From Microthyrium microscopicum (lineage: Eukaryota), in assembly GCA_010405405.1 (NCBI GenBank), contig MU004234.1:2577697-2641696 (forward strand): 64,000 nt of DNA. Reading direction: 5' to 3'. Positions within the stretch are counted from its first letter, which is position 1, and each line of letters begins with the position of its first letter. The notes under the pieces were generated by a model. The model was not told where the DNA came from. It ran no database searches and was given only the letters and a program-made list of their open reading frames with translations. Positions 11,869 to 25,900 of this stretch are shown one piece after another. Made by a program: the position numbers and the translations under genes.

Positions 11869-13548
11869 TTATTCTGTCGCGTCGTTGAGGGCGCTCTCTA
11901 TGAACTTTGCTTGGAGTTCACGAAGGACTGGCATTCCAGCTGGAGTTGATCCTCTTAGATTATTCACAAATCCGACCGCGACCACGTTCCTGATAGGATC
12001 GATCCAGAACCAACTTCCATATGCGCCTCCCCAGAAATAACTCTGAAACCCAGATGTGGTTTTCGATGCGGCAGGATCCTGTACTATAGCAAAGCCCAGA
12101 CCAAAACCTAATCCTTTCCAGTCGTACGGACCAATTCTTACAGCTACGCCTGGTTCTAGAACGTTGGTGTGCATCATCTGCACAGTTTCCGCTTTCAGGT
12201 ACCGCTTGCCTTCATACTCGCCGCCATTGAGAATCATTTGCGAGAAACGCCAATAGTCCTGAACAGTAGACAGCATCAGACCTCCTCCAGCTGCCACAAA
12301 GTTGGGTGTGGAATTGTTATACGTTCCAGCAAGATCAACCGCAACAAGTTTCTCAAGGCTCTTGTCATACTTGTGATTGCTTACAAGACGCGCCAATTTG
12401 GATTCCGGTAGTACCCAGCCAGAATCTTCCATACCTAACGGCTTAAACATACGCTCTTGGAGGAATTCGTCCACGGATTTGCCAGTCAACTTCTGGATGA
12501 TGTAGCCCTGGATATCGACGCAAGGCCCATAGCGCCAGGCTTTTCCTGGTTGAAAGAACAACGGCTGGCTTGCCAAGGTGTCGATCATGTCTTGCAGAGT
12601 CCCATTCCGCAGATCATCATAATCTCTTCGTGAGCCAAAGCCTGCAGAGTGGCTCATTAGCTGCTTCATTGACATTGGCGATTCCTGCGAGACCGGCTCG
12701 CCATCGTCTTGTCGAACTTTGAGGCCATCAAACTCCGGAATGAACTTGCAAACCGGATCTTCTAGCGCCCATTTCCCTTCTTCCTGGATACTGTTAGTAG
12801 AAGATTACGATCAAAGCAGTTCTTGGGGAAGCAACAAAGACAACCATAAGAACCCTCGCATCTGCTAGAGACCATAATACTCAATCAAAAGCATGTTCTA
12901 TGGGAGCGATAGGAGGTGCCGGCAAAGACGAGTGATTTTGGCACCTCAAACTTCTTTCATGATTGTTGGTTGTGGAAGTCTTACCCATAGCATCATCATG
13001 GCCGCCGCAGTGATTGGTTTTGCCATAGAGGCAATGCGAAAAATGCTATCGGTTTTCACCGGCACTGAAGGTGTTGCTGAGACGTTATGAACCTGATAAT
13101 GTTAGTACAATATCACTACCAGGAAACGACAAACACGTTGTAGAGCCATTGCGGTAGGAACCGTAGCAACTGTTTGATATCACGGTCGATGGAAGCCAAA
13201 AGCCGCGATAGTAATATCTCTCCAACATTGGACCATACAGCAATCGAGCAACTTCGCAGACACTCAAAAAGCCAAAGTATGTCATGGTAGCCATTGAATA
13301 ACGAAGGGAGCCATGACACCCTGGGGAACCATCGAAAATGGTGAACAATTATGGCTCTTGAGAGGGAATCTCACCCCATAGGCATCACAATTGATGACTT
13401 TCCCATTACGAGCCGTCAAGGTGACTACATTAGCCAGCTTGCCTTCGTCTACCAACGCATGGAATGCCGAATTGTGCTCTGCGATGCTCTGTTTTGTGAA
13501 GCCCTCGACTTTTTCTTCGATTGTAGTTGCTGACTGCGGTGTGGCCAT
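11869..13548 (-). CDS. Beta-lactamase-family serine hydrolase (class C/esterase-like), 3 exons
   Basis: FRIASMAK (SxxK), LMSHSAG, FQPGKAWRYG, FKPLGMED and WGGAYGSWFWIDP. Phase-0 introns at 13374-13093 and 12984-12784, both with TACTAAC. Confidence 0.92.
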
Positions 13549-16111
13549 CTTTGTTGTAACTCCTATGATGTGATAAAGCACCAATCCTTTGATCTGCAAG
13601 GTTCTACTGAAATCCAGATGCATTCAGTTCGAAGATGTCGATAACTGCGGGGCAATTTCAAACGGATACGAGAAGCACCTTCCTCAAAGTCAATATGCTG
13701 TTGGGCCAATGTTTGTACTCTCGTGCCGCCACTTCAATTAGGTCAATGACACGAGACAACCTTTGTCGAACTTCCTTAGAGGACATTATTACTGGAAACA
13801 TTTCTTCAATCAGACTCCTGGAGTCAAAATAGTAAGTGGTATTTCTCAGAGTTTGATTACCTTACTTTTAGAATAGAACGAGGTGCTTTTCAATTGAATG
13901 GAACTATACTTGAAATATGCTGCCTGAGTAGCTTCAAATGAAGCATGATGTCTGATTCAAATCAACGGAGCGACTACAAGAAGCTCATTACTGGACATTA
14001 AATGAGGAGCGACAGAATCGTGGATCATACTGCAATGAGTCGATCTCTTTCTCTAAGATCTTTTTCAAAGCGCAATTTCTGGTTACGATCACTCGAAGAA
14101 AATGAAACATCTCAACTAGAATCCGTCTCTATCGATACCCTGATGATACAAAGTATATGAAAGCACACTGAAACAAAATTAACTTCAAAGGCCGTAAGTG
14201 ATATGGAGACGGCTCAAGAGGTGTACCTATAAGACTTTATCTAGAGCATCGCGTAATATGAACTGTCAATAAACGCAATTGAATTCCTGCAACACAGCAC
14301 AATTTTCCGTCCGCTGAAGTCAAAGTCTTCCAGAAGCCCTTCAACTAAAGTGATAGTTGGCCATTAAGGAAGCTCCCCAGCCTTTGAGCCCTATTAAGAG
14401 TTGCAAAAGAGGATATTGCAGGGATTTTACCAAGCAGTCGGTGTGAAAGCCTTCTCATTGCTGTTCAAGGTACTTTTGTTAGGTAATATTGCCCGGGTTT
14501 GAGAAATGGTAAAGAGAAGCGGCCTGGCCCGAAGCATTGATAGAAGATTCACCCATGTCCATTGAAGCACGAGGAGATATGTCTCTCTTATTATCAAAGC
14601 TTTATGCTGGGGATGTCTGGCAAGAAATTGTATAAGACTACCCGAGACATCGCAACATACCAAGATGTTTCACCCAGTCTTACAGATTAATGGATATAAC
14701 TTCTTGGAGCGGAACTGTGTGAATGCCACCTTCAAAAAGGAAGGAGCTCGAACTTGATCTGTAGAAATTAAACACGCTTCTGATCATTTGATGATTTAAT
14801 ATACTACCCGAACGTTGTTTCGTAGTCGGCACATCACGTTGCCATAGCCCTGGACATACCAAGCTGGTACCTCGAGTTACAACTACGCGTCTCATGGGTC
14901 ATGTTTAGTTGCATGGACTGTAGTACGTATTATCAATATGCTCATGTATGGGTAATCGCTGATTTTGTGGGGAGCAGTCAGCCGCAGCATATCAAGCATC
15001 AACATATGTTTGGTTTCCTTGCATCAAACCTCTTGATAAAGGATCTCATTCATTGCATTATGCAGCCAACCTGTCTTTGCAATCGCTATCTAGGTTCATG
15101 TTTAAACCTAGATTTTTCATGGCATTGCAAGTTATGAAGCTCCAAGTAATAGGCATAATAGCAGAGCGAAATCAAGACGTGAGGAGCACTTTGATAACTT
15201 CAGAGCGCACTGGCTACTAAGTGCCATCAGACGGACTGCGGACCGATCGGCCGAAACAAGATGGAGTGGTTATCCTTGCGGTCTATGAATGTGGGGATAA
15301 TGATCTTTGCTGAGAGCTTGAGATTTGAGGCCAACGACAACAAATTGAGAAACACTGGTATTCATTTCATACTGAGGCTTCCCGGAGTGTTCACCTATTG
15401 TCGAAAGTGGATGCGTTACTAATTTGATGTTCCCAACAGTTGCTACTCTACTCGTCCAGGGCCTACCAACAAGAACTCACAGGCCTTATACAAGAATGCA
15501 AGGCCCTGTTATCAATCTCAATTGCAGGTAAACCAAGTCGTGGGCGAGGTACATAGCGATCTGTGGACATGGGTAGGGCAATGTTGCAAAAGCAAGCTTC
15601 TCAATTGTTTACGTTCGACGAGAAGAACGTATTGTCACTTTGAGGCCAATAGAACTGATATCTTCGGACTACCTTGATTTAGGTGCGTACAACGAGGCGA
15701 TAGATGTCTCCGGCGCAAGCCAAGAGACTACCTTTGCACTGACTAACTTACTTGTGTAGACTCCGTATTATGCCTCCAGAGCTCTAATTGTACTGAGCGC
15801 GTTTAAGGTCGCATGCACGGTCTATAGTAGTCCAATATATCATCCAGTACTGATGAAGATCATAAGGACATCATCTAGTGGCCGCGTGCGTCGATCCTAT
15901 CATGATATGAGCCTGCTTTTTGGTCAACCCTTTGACATACACCAAGCTTTACCCTGAAGTCACGCGCAGAAGCTTACCGTGAGAGAATGATATCCGCATC
16001 GTGACCGGGTTCTGCTGGTTTGATCACCCTAACGAGAGACACATGGACACTCTTGATATATTGGCAATATTGAGACGGCAAAGATTGCATCCTCACACGA
16101 TAGCGAACAGG

Positions 16112-16117
16112 TATAAA
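16112..16117 (+). promoter_or_regulatory. Probable TATA box of cutinase gene
   Basis: TATAAA about 108 nt upstream of ATG 16220. Confidence 0.45.
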
Positions 16118-16219
16118 TCGCATTGTCCTCAGATACAGCAATACATTTTCGTCACTACATCACTCCGGAGTCGTGTATCATTCCTTTTTTGCTACAGTAG
16201 TTCTACCACTTCAAACAAC

Positions 16220-16940
16220 ATGAAGTTCGTTCTCTCTTTGGGCTTACTAGCATTGGCTACCAGCGCTGCGCCGATCGAGGAGCTAGAGAAACGACAATTG
16301 TTTGGTAGCAGCACCAAGTGCGGCCCGGTTGCCGTTCTATTTTCGAGGGGAACCTTTGAGGTTGGCCAAAACGGCATGACCGTCGGCCCCGAATTCACTA
16401 CCGCATTGCAAGCCGTGCTCCCATCTGGCACCGTTTTCTGGGGCAATGGTTATAACAACGATGTCGTCGGATATCTCACTGGAGGCAGTCTCCAAGGCAT
16501 CTCGATGATGCGAGCACAAGCCGAGGAATATGTAAAGAAGTGTCCCGGAATAAAGCTTGTGCTGTCCGGTTACAGGTAAGCGACAGGTCCACTCTTCCGT
16601 TGAGCCCACTGCTAACTTCAGTTCATAGCCAAGGTGCACAAGTCACACACAAAGCGCTTGCTGGAGCTAGTCAAGCGGTAAAGGAGGCAACCAAGGCCGT
16701 CGTACTCTTCGTATGTATACTCTACGATGCGATACAATCAGAATTACGTTTAATCAGTTCTTTTAGGGAGATCCAATGTCCGGCACCGCTATTCCAGGAA
16801 TTTCAAAAGATAAAATCAACACAATATGTGCTATTGGAGACACAATCTGCACAGGACTACCGATTATCACTGCAAGTCATATGGTTTATGCAGCAAACAG
16901 CATCAGCGCGGCCGCATGGGTTCGCTCCAAGATTGGTTGA
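16220..16940 (+). CDS. Cutinase (CE5), secreted, 3 exons
   Basis: Signal peptide MKFVLSLGLLALATSAAP followed by KR. FSRGTFE, GY/SQG split by an intron, LF/GDP, and CAIGDTIC..SHMVY. Stop TGA at 16938-16940. Confidence 0.93.
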
Positions 16941-19900
16941 AAGGAGCGAGTTAGTACGGGTGAGAATTAGGAATGGCTTTTTGGAACTTTTAGTTTAAAG
17001 GCTCAGTACAATCAACCCAGATCATGAAGATTAAATTTTATCATGATACAAAGTCATTCACTCCAGGTACCAAGATCAACTGGTCGGCAACACAACTGGC
17101 ACGCTCTCAACAAGGTGGGCAGGTAAGAGTTACCTCTCTCCATCCCTTTCGACAAGATTCGAATCTTCTATAAAGTAGCGTGATTCTTGAGAAATGAAGC
17201 TCTCACTCGAGGAGCGCGGCGGATGATTGATATCGCAACTCATGGTAACACGTTGATTCTTTTGCCCACCAGTTGCAAGACATGTCAATGTATTTGCTGT
17301 GATGATCAGATGATGCGTTATTCACTGGGACCCGGCTTGCAGGTATGCTTATACTCAAACATAGCCCATCATTTGGAGTAGAAGACAATAGATTAGACAT
17401 CGTACCTGATAAGATATTTTGCAGTGATGGCCTGCTATCTAGTTGTGGTAATGAACTTGATAGTGAATGGATGTGTTTTACCATCAACAAGGTCGTTGGA
17501 ACTAAGTCTGAACAAACTGCATGACAAGGCTCGTGACTGCAATGTAGGATAAGTTTTGCTTTTTATACGTGGAGAGTGGGTGATGGTGGTAAACTCCAGC
17601 ACGGCAGCTAGCGAAGTAGGTCATCTGAGTCCGAAGAGCCCACTTACGCTGGGAGGTAGGAGATGAGCGAGTTGTTATCGATGCCAAGTTGCTAGAAACT
17701 GTTTCATATTGCATTATAGTACTCCATGATGAATTGCTTGCTTCTCAACTGCACAAGTCTGACTTAGCTTACTGCCATCAATCCAGAGCAAATAGTGGCT
17801 GGACATCGTTTTACTGGATTTGAACGGCAAGAAATGGGGATATGCGGAATACGCTGTCGATGAGTCGTGGGTCTTCCTAGCGAAGATAACTTATCGCGGT
17901 ATAGTTACAGAGCTGCAGATGTGAAGGAGCTCGTGAGAAAGAGTGCCTGGCTTGATTGAGGATCTTGGCTCCTCCTCTCAACGGCGTCTTTTGCAAATTG
18001 GATCTCGTTGACTTATATAGTTGTCCCAAAAATGGCTCATTCTTCATGTGCTGTGAAGCTCAAATTGCGCGCCAGTACCTGCTAGCTTCATACGCAAATC
18101 AGATGACAAATAGAAGTGAGATTTAGTACGAGGAAACTTGGGAAGGTAGCAGACAGTATGAGCATCTAACTTTTAACAGCATACTGCTCGTGTAGCGGCA
18201 GTTGATGGGGCCTTTTCACCTTGGATGCACGTTGATATCTCTAGCAGTTGATAGATATCATGGCCTGCCATCACTGCAGCATAAATCAACAACACAAGGT
18301 GAAAATTCACTGACAATCATCGGAGAAGAGCAAGAAGCCATTTGTCAATATATTCCATTTCTTATATTATTAACGTTTGCACGGGCGGTACCTGCATCAT
18401 ATTCAGAGCGCGGCTTGGGTTCTAACCTTGGGAACTTCAAATTTTATCTCTCCTCTCCTGCGCACCATTAATGCACAATCCATTCTCAGATCTGTATTCT
18501 TGCATTTGCACCAGCATATCAAGATCATATTCGAACGTCATTGATCGTGAAAAACAGGCTTCTGTCTAAAATTCATGAAGAGTATGTCAGCTACTGTAAT
18601 CAATCCTGGTTTGCTCAGTGACGGACACTGTATTAGCCTCATGAATCTAGTACAAGTGGTATGCCAGAAAATTTAGTGACAAAATCACACGCATCTTGTT
18701 TGCGGAGAGTTCACCAAATGCCAAACTGCATGGTGTTCTCTCTTTTCTCTCTGGAAGCTGAGCAGGATCATACCAAGCTTTTGGGAAGAGAAGGCTGCAG
18801 TGCCGTCCCGTGAATCCGACATTCTTTATGCAAGATGAACTACATCTACGCCTCAAATCCGTCAGACCCTCCCTCTATGAACCTTTCAAGGTACCCGCAA
18901 GAGGTACCCGCAAGCCTCTTAGATCCGTTCTCTAAATGAATCAACCCCTTATCGAACCAAACCAGACAATTTGCACTTTCAGGTTTCCACACCTTTGACT
19001 GTTGAAAGCTGTTCTAGCTCAATGTCGTATTCATGACAAGTAAGCACGCAAATGAAAGGGCCCTTATTCCGACTTCGGTCAATTAGCTGGCGGAAATTCT
19101 TGCCAAAAGGCTATCGTCATGGCTGACCACCAGGCCCAGGAAAGCGGCGCGGAACTCTGCTCCGAGAGCCGCAGTAGTCAGATTCCCCCTTTGCGGGACG
19201 CCGATTGTTTCGAGAAGTGTACGCCACATGGGTAGCGGAGAATTGAGGCGTTCAATAGTGACGAGCTTTTGATCGCCAAAGACCGTTGCGGGGGCTGGTT
19301 GATAACTTGATCTTGTACTTATCACCATATCACAGGATAGATGATAGTTTCTATAATGATAAGCAGGGAAGGATAGGCGTTTGTTCTTGGCTTCTACAGA
19401 TATCTACATTTGTATTCTGCCTCGTCTGCCTAACTACAGGTACTTTTTGGGAGAAAGAGAAGAGCTTAGAGTACTGCACTCATTTTTGATTTGGAGAGAT
19501 GAATCAGTCCAACCGAAATTCATTCCAGCCACTCTAATGTTGGGATCATTTGTTCGTGGGGTAATTGAAGCATTGATGGTCGTTGTTCGACTCGTTTCGT
19601 CGACCTGACAATCGCTTCTCCCGCCCTTTTGATTCGCTTTCGCTTTCTGAAAACAAAAACCAGCGTCCGCTTTCACGGGATCAAGCCAACGATGCACGTG
19701 CAATAATGGAGTTGTCTTTGCGTGATCGTGAAGACTTGCTTGCGGAAGGTGGAAGTGTCTCCGCTTGGAACGCGTGGAGAGAATGGCGTCGATGGTTTGA
19801 GTTTTTCCCCCTAGTTGGGCCGCTTATATTTGCTTTTTGAAAGAATCTCAGCTTCGTTTGGGAGGCTCGAAAAGGATGTGGACCCTGAAAACGGCTCCCT

Positions 19901-22900
19901 TAATTTGGTCGACGGCGATGGGAATTCTACATAATTAGTAAGTAATAATGAGATGAGATGCCGTTTTTCATGGTTTGAGTCTGGCAGAAGCAGATCAGAA
20001 TCATCAGAGAGCCGACTGGGTCACTGGATGCGACGCCCACGCATCATTGTTAATAATTTGAGAAAGCACTCTGAAGATGAGAAACTTCAATTGATATTGC
20101 TGTGATCTGAACTCCTAGATAGGCAAAGTCGAGATACGATTCATTTCAGATACTAGCCCAGTAGATTGGTCTTTAGGTCTGATATCAGATCTCTTTCTAC
20201 TATCTACAATGAGTAAGAGTTGAACTTTTTGAGCTGAAAGCTTTCTTGAAGATAATGACATCAAGATATTGCGGTTAACAGGTAAGAATTGCTGGCAGAC
20301 TTGACGTGGAACAAAATCACACTTCCAATTTCTTTACTGAGATGCATGAGAAGGGAGCAACAAGCCTGAAGAATTCAATTTGATCTTGTGTTCTGTTATT
20401 TTCCTACTACAGTAGAATATCTCTGATACCACAGCTGCATAACAGAATGAACATGAAGACATGAGGCTCAATACTGATTCTATCTTTTGATCTAGAGCGC
20501 ATACATTTCATATCTGACAGTACATACCAAAGTTGTACTCAGAAGAAAAGCAAGAAACTCTCATTCTCGAACCACGGAACAAATCGGAAAACTACATCAA
20601 ATTCAAACAATCACCTGGCCCACAAACTTCAAGTACCTCACAGTGTAACCAACATCCAGGCTTCAACATCCGATATCGTTTCCAGCAACAACCTCAACAC
20701 CATATCCATTATGTACACAACTCCCACTGTCCACAGACCGCCTCTATCAACCCCCCAGCCTTGGCCTGACGCGACGGGGATTTAATCAGTCCATCGCGAC
20801 CCATCACATCTCAACTCGCAGCACCTGGATCTGATTGGCCACATTGTCTGACCTAGGGTGGTCTCCAGACCCAAGCTGTCGGGTCGTCGTGGCGCTGACC
20901 CACCTGCGATTCGCTGCGGGGGTACGATTCCAAATGGACTAATTGAATGCACGATTTGAGGTCAGATGTTGGTGTTGCTCACCCATTCGCCGGTGGCGAG
21001 AAGGCGCGCGATCCTATCGACTCTTGATGCTTGAAAGCAGCTGCGACAAGGAGTTTTTGGGGCGAAAGGGATAGAGTAGTAGTTGCATTTAGGCAGAGAT
21101 TTTGGATCGAGTGTGGTTTTTGCGCTGGCAATAGATGAACTGATACGAGATGGTAACGATTTAAAGCACTAGTCTGGGACACGCGATCGTTAGAGGGCTG
21201 ATGCGAAGCTACCTAGATAGTGCAGCTGCCAAGGATCGTGAGAAAGTTATGGGAAGTGGACCCGCCCGCCCGGCGCGCTGGATCTGATGGTTGCAGTCGT
21301 GTGTGTGCAATGCAGGGAACCTGATTTAACAACAATCTAGGATGTGGTTCACGATGACGGCAGAAATTGAGGCATCTAAGCCGGATTGCAGCGCCGAGGT
21401 GCAAAGTCTTGGAGCTATCAGCCGGACAAGGCTGGGGAAAGGACTTGTATGGAATTCCGTGGGTAAGCTAGTTGAGAACTGAGACACTTGCGAAGTGCGT
21501 GGACGATGCTTATTCGATAGTATCTTTGACGATGTACACAAGATCTTCTTGAATTTGAGTAACTCTGCTTTATTCTATTTATTGATGACGGGCGATATGG
21601 GCGGTAAAAGATGTGTTGCGCAGAGAATGAGGCGGGTGATGGGGACTGCATATTGGCTACGCAAGTTGCTGAGACATAATGGGCGTATGTTCTACAGGCT
21701 GCTTGCTGCGGTTCGAGAGGTGATGTTGTTTTCATGCGAGTTGTCAGGCAGATGTGTTCACGATGGACAAGTTGATATTGACGTGTTCATCTTTTTCAAT
21801 CTAGCGATGCATGTTAAAGTAAGGAGTTTAAAAGAGTGGTTCTGTTTAGATATCCACGGATACTGTAAACTAATAATACTATCTAATACCTGTAAATGTA
21901 AAGTTTGAACTCCTCACTTTCAATATAGAAGGACTGTCCGAATGACTTGATACCAAAAGGGGTTGGATAACTTATATTGATGTTTGTGGCACTCGGAACA
22001 CTGTGGAACATCCGCATATTCTGGTTTGTCCGACTGATCACAATTATAGGAAGAACTCTATGGAATTTAGATTTTATACAGACAATGTCACAAACTCAAG
22101 CTTCCAACTAGTAACTCGCATATGTTGCGAATCAGCTAAATTTAGTATTAGTTTACCGACAAAGAGTAACTATTGTACTTTGTAGGTTGAGTAAAACGAT
22201 GCTGAGTATCTGCTAGGAGTTTAAATCGACAATTCCCCTAATCTCGCAGGTCACACCTCTCAATGAACATGATGGCTTAGAAAAATACACTCGAAATGCA
22301 TCCCATCCATGAGGCCGATCTCAAATGAGCAGTAAGATTAATCCTACCTACCACAAGAGGATAAGCAGCAAAAATGATCCTAAAAGTGACCAGCTTCGTC
22401 AATATCCATGAAGTGAAGAGAAAAGTAAGATATCCAGGAGTACAAAGGCCATGTTTCAGTCAGCAAAGACCCAGATAGACGGGTCCAAGGCTGTGCTGTA
22501 TCTACAACCTTAGTGACGAGCATTGCTAGTGGATGGACAATTCGGACAAGGTGATTTTGGCTGAATAGAATGCGCACGTCTGCCTAGGATTATGGGCAGA
22601 AGGCGGTAACTCCTTTGCTCAGCAGTGAATGGATGGTTTTGTACGTGGCGTTTGTGATATTGGAATACCGGTACCTGTATGGGGAGAAGAGTGATTGGAA
22701 CTTTTGGCGCTGGACGGTATCACTTGCCTTCTTCCAATCAGAATAATAAGAAAGTGCTGGTACTAAAAGTAGAGAGAGACTTTCACTTAACAGCCGAACC
22801 GGGGAAAACGTATTCAATGTGGCCACGGCTGGAAAGCATATCTATGAATTATATAATTAGCCCTCGAAACCGGCCTCGTGCCATGTCCAGCATGTCCAAA

Positions 22901-25900
22901 TCCGGCGCCATAGTTTGGACCACATGAGGTTAGAAAGACCTGTGGGGTACAAACTACAAAGCTCCAACACAAATGGATATGAATTGTAAATTCGGCGTGG
23001 CGAAGAAAAGAGAACACGAGTATTATTTCCCTTTCTCAATAATCGTTCGCCAATGCTCGAGCACTCAGTGGGGCTTTGCGTTAAGCAATAATTGCACAGA
23101 TGGCATTGCTGCGTATATCAAATTGTATCAATTCCGGCGTGGTCATCTGCTCACTTCTGAAGCACGGCACTTGCAAGGCTGAGAAACGTCTGGACCAACG
23201 AACAACCGCTCCTCTTGCGCAATTGTTTCCCTTTCGCGGGGAACCTGTGGGTTAAATGGCTCAAACAAGTGGTAATTAGTACATGACTTACGATATAACA
23301 TTTCAGATGCCGGATTGCACTTCCGGCCGAGGTAGCCTTGTGAGGAGTCAGTTCTTTCCCTAAAGGGGTATCATGTCGACCGTGATCCCAGTTACTGGGT
23401 TTATGGTTTACCTTTTTTGATGATCAGGCACCCTTTAACAAAGTCTGGAATACCGTAATAATTGGGTGCGCAATTGTCGTTTAGTTGAGGGATAGACGCT
23501 TGGACATTGTTGGTCACCTGCGAAATAATTACCATGGTTTTTGAGGACGTGAATAGTTGATTCGCTAGAGTGATCGACAACTGGGCGATCGTTGAAAAGC
23601 GAGCCTGTTGCTTTTTGCCCTGTCTGTGAGCCGCGAGCGTTAATTGTTGCCTTTTTGTGCAGGTTGCAAAACACCTGACATTCCTATCCTATCGTTGCCC
23701 TTGTCTGTATCTGTTTGCAGGAGGTGGGTGTTTAAGGGGTTCTGGGCCTGTTAATGTACTGTACAAGTGACCCCGTCATATCGTGTACACTGCATATGTG
23801 TCCAAGCAGATAAAAGATGGGGTAGCGCGTTTTAGACTAACCACGAGCATGATTGTTGATGAAAGCTGTGATTATTTGTTATGACCTCTCATAATGTGTA
23901 TATTCAATCCAACCGCGCGCGTCCAACGCATGGAACACCCGCTCCGCGTTGGCTGGGTTCACAAGCACATGATGCGTAAATAGCGTAATGGTTAAGGGGA
24001 TAGATAGCGCCGGTGGTGAGTCGGTCTCTGGTACCTGCCAGCGAACACCAAAGACATGGCAGATGACCTCGCGTGCTGGAGCCAACAAGGTAGGCAATAA
24101 TCAGCCTCGCCTTTTCACGGAGACCCTTTTTTCTTTGATTTTCCGGGGTTCCGTGGGGTAATTGGATTCGCAAGTCCGGAAAATGGTGAGACGTGATGGT
24201 TCTTTTTTGTTTTGGTCGCCACCTTTCATTATCATTCTCAACGTGACGCGAAAGCAGTGATATATTTGGTCAGTGAAACTACGGCAATTGGATTTGTTGC
24301 ATTGATATGGTTGGAGGATTGTGAAAGAGTTTGAATTGTCAGCGTGACCTCGCCCAACTTCCAAGGCTCCAACAACGTCCCGAAATGGGGGAGGCTGACA
24401 GGCCGAGTCTTTTTTGGCCCTGGAATGCAAAGCCACAGTTTGAGATGCAGTTCAAATGTTCGGAAGAATACCAGCCTACGGGTTTCTGCGGCTCGCATTG
24501 AAAGCAATATGAACTGTTGAGTCTAAAATGCAGCTAGCAAGTACCGATACATAGACCGGTCAACACCTAGAGATAATTCAAACGAATAGACCTAAAATGG
24601 TTTAAACTGGGGCGAAGTTCTAAGGAGTAGACTCCGTGTGACTCTTTCCTCGTCTATCCACGGACAGAACAAAGAAGAAGCCCACAAGCCTGAGTTCGGT
24701 TGCCATTCCCCGTAAAGCTGTGACGTTACTACTAGACGAAACCGGCATTTCAGAAAGCCATTCCTGACAGCACAATTCAGTCACGTTCAGAATGACTCGG
24801 GCCTTACAGGGCAATTGAATGTATCCTCGGATCAAGCTGTGGCTCGTTGGTAGCCACGAGGTCGACACGCACAGCTGGGGCAAACCGTGGTCTTTCTGAT
24901 TGAAACAACAACTGCAGATCTGGGGAAGTTGACAAGACAAGAAACTCCACGAGCTTAGGTCAAGGAGAGGCGTGTCACGGCCCTGTACAAATGCGTCGTT
25001 GTTGTATCAAGTAGAAGAAATGTATCTCAAATCCATAGCATATCGTGGTTCGAGTAACGCAGGCAGCCAGGAACCACAAATAGATGTATGGATATCACGG
25101 TTAAAAGAGCTTCTTCGCGACAAGCTAGAGTCATGCTATCAGCTGGTCGCTTTGCCCGCGTTGTAACGCTACGGAGCCGCATCCGCACAATGCGTATCCT
25201 GTTCCTGAAAACATAGGGTACGAATCAGTCTAGTAACAACAAGCCTTGGATCGGTTATCGTTGGTGTACCAAAGAAAAAGCTTCAACGCTAGAAGTGCGG
25301 AATTTGCGCGTGGAACAACGGATGCAGCCATCTAGAAAGCCGAAGCCAGCCTTGAACATTAATTGGAAGGCCTGAGAGATGGTGGCGGTTGTATCTGATA
25401 TGTCAATCTTTTCTGAAGCAGTATCGAGTCAGTTGCAGGAGACATGTTACAGAATTGTGGTCATCACAAATCGCAACAGGACGAGTACAAAGTCGGGACC
25501 TTGAATTAGACCGCAAGGACCCATCTGAAGCAGGTCACGCAGGAGATATTGATGGAGAGCTGAGTAGTGCGTGAGTGCGTAACCTTGCGGATATCTATCA
25601 ACAAATCCGGGCGTTAAAGTTGGGATCCAGAGTCGTTAGATGATAATTAGTCCGTGGCGAGAATTGGGTAGTTGAGAAAAGGTCGACGTCGCGATGTTGA
25701 ATAATTATTGGCAGAGTTTGGGAGCTCGTGATCAGGAATTGATCTGGCTCCGGCTGTTCTGGGCGAAGCAGTCGCTGAAAATGGCACTAGGGGGATCCTT
25801 TCCGCAGCTCCGCCCTACAGGGGCAATCCCAGCATTGAGGTAGCGCGGCCATGTTCCCAATCTGTCCAAAGTTACGGCTAAGAACAATGGCTTTTGATGT

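Noticed and set aside
15180..15800. Intron-like 3' ends (TACTAAT..CAG, ACTAAC..TAG) upstream of cutinase
   Set aside because: No coherent reading frame or recognisable product could be assembled.
18889..18914. 13-bp tandem duplication AGGTACCCGCAAG x2
   Set aside because: Only two copies with no spacer. Ordinary slippage duplication, not an array.
20979..21735. Chain of short minus-strand ORFs, possibly a pseudogene
   Set aside because: Multiple stops and no recognisable homology.
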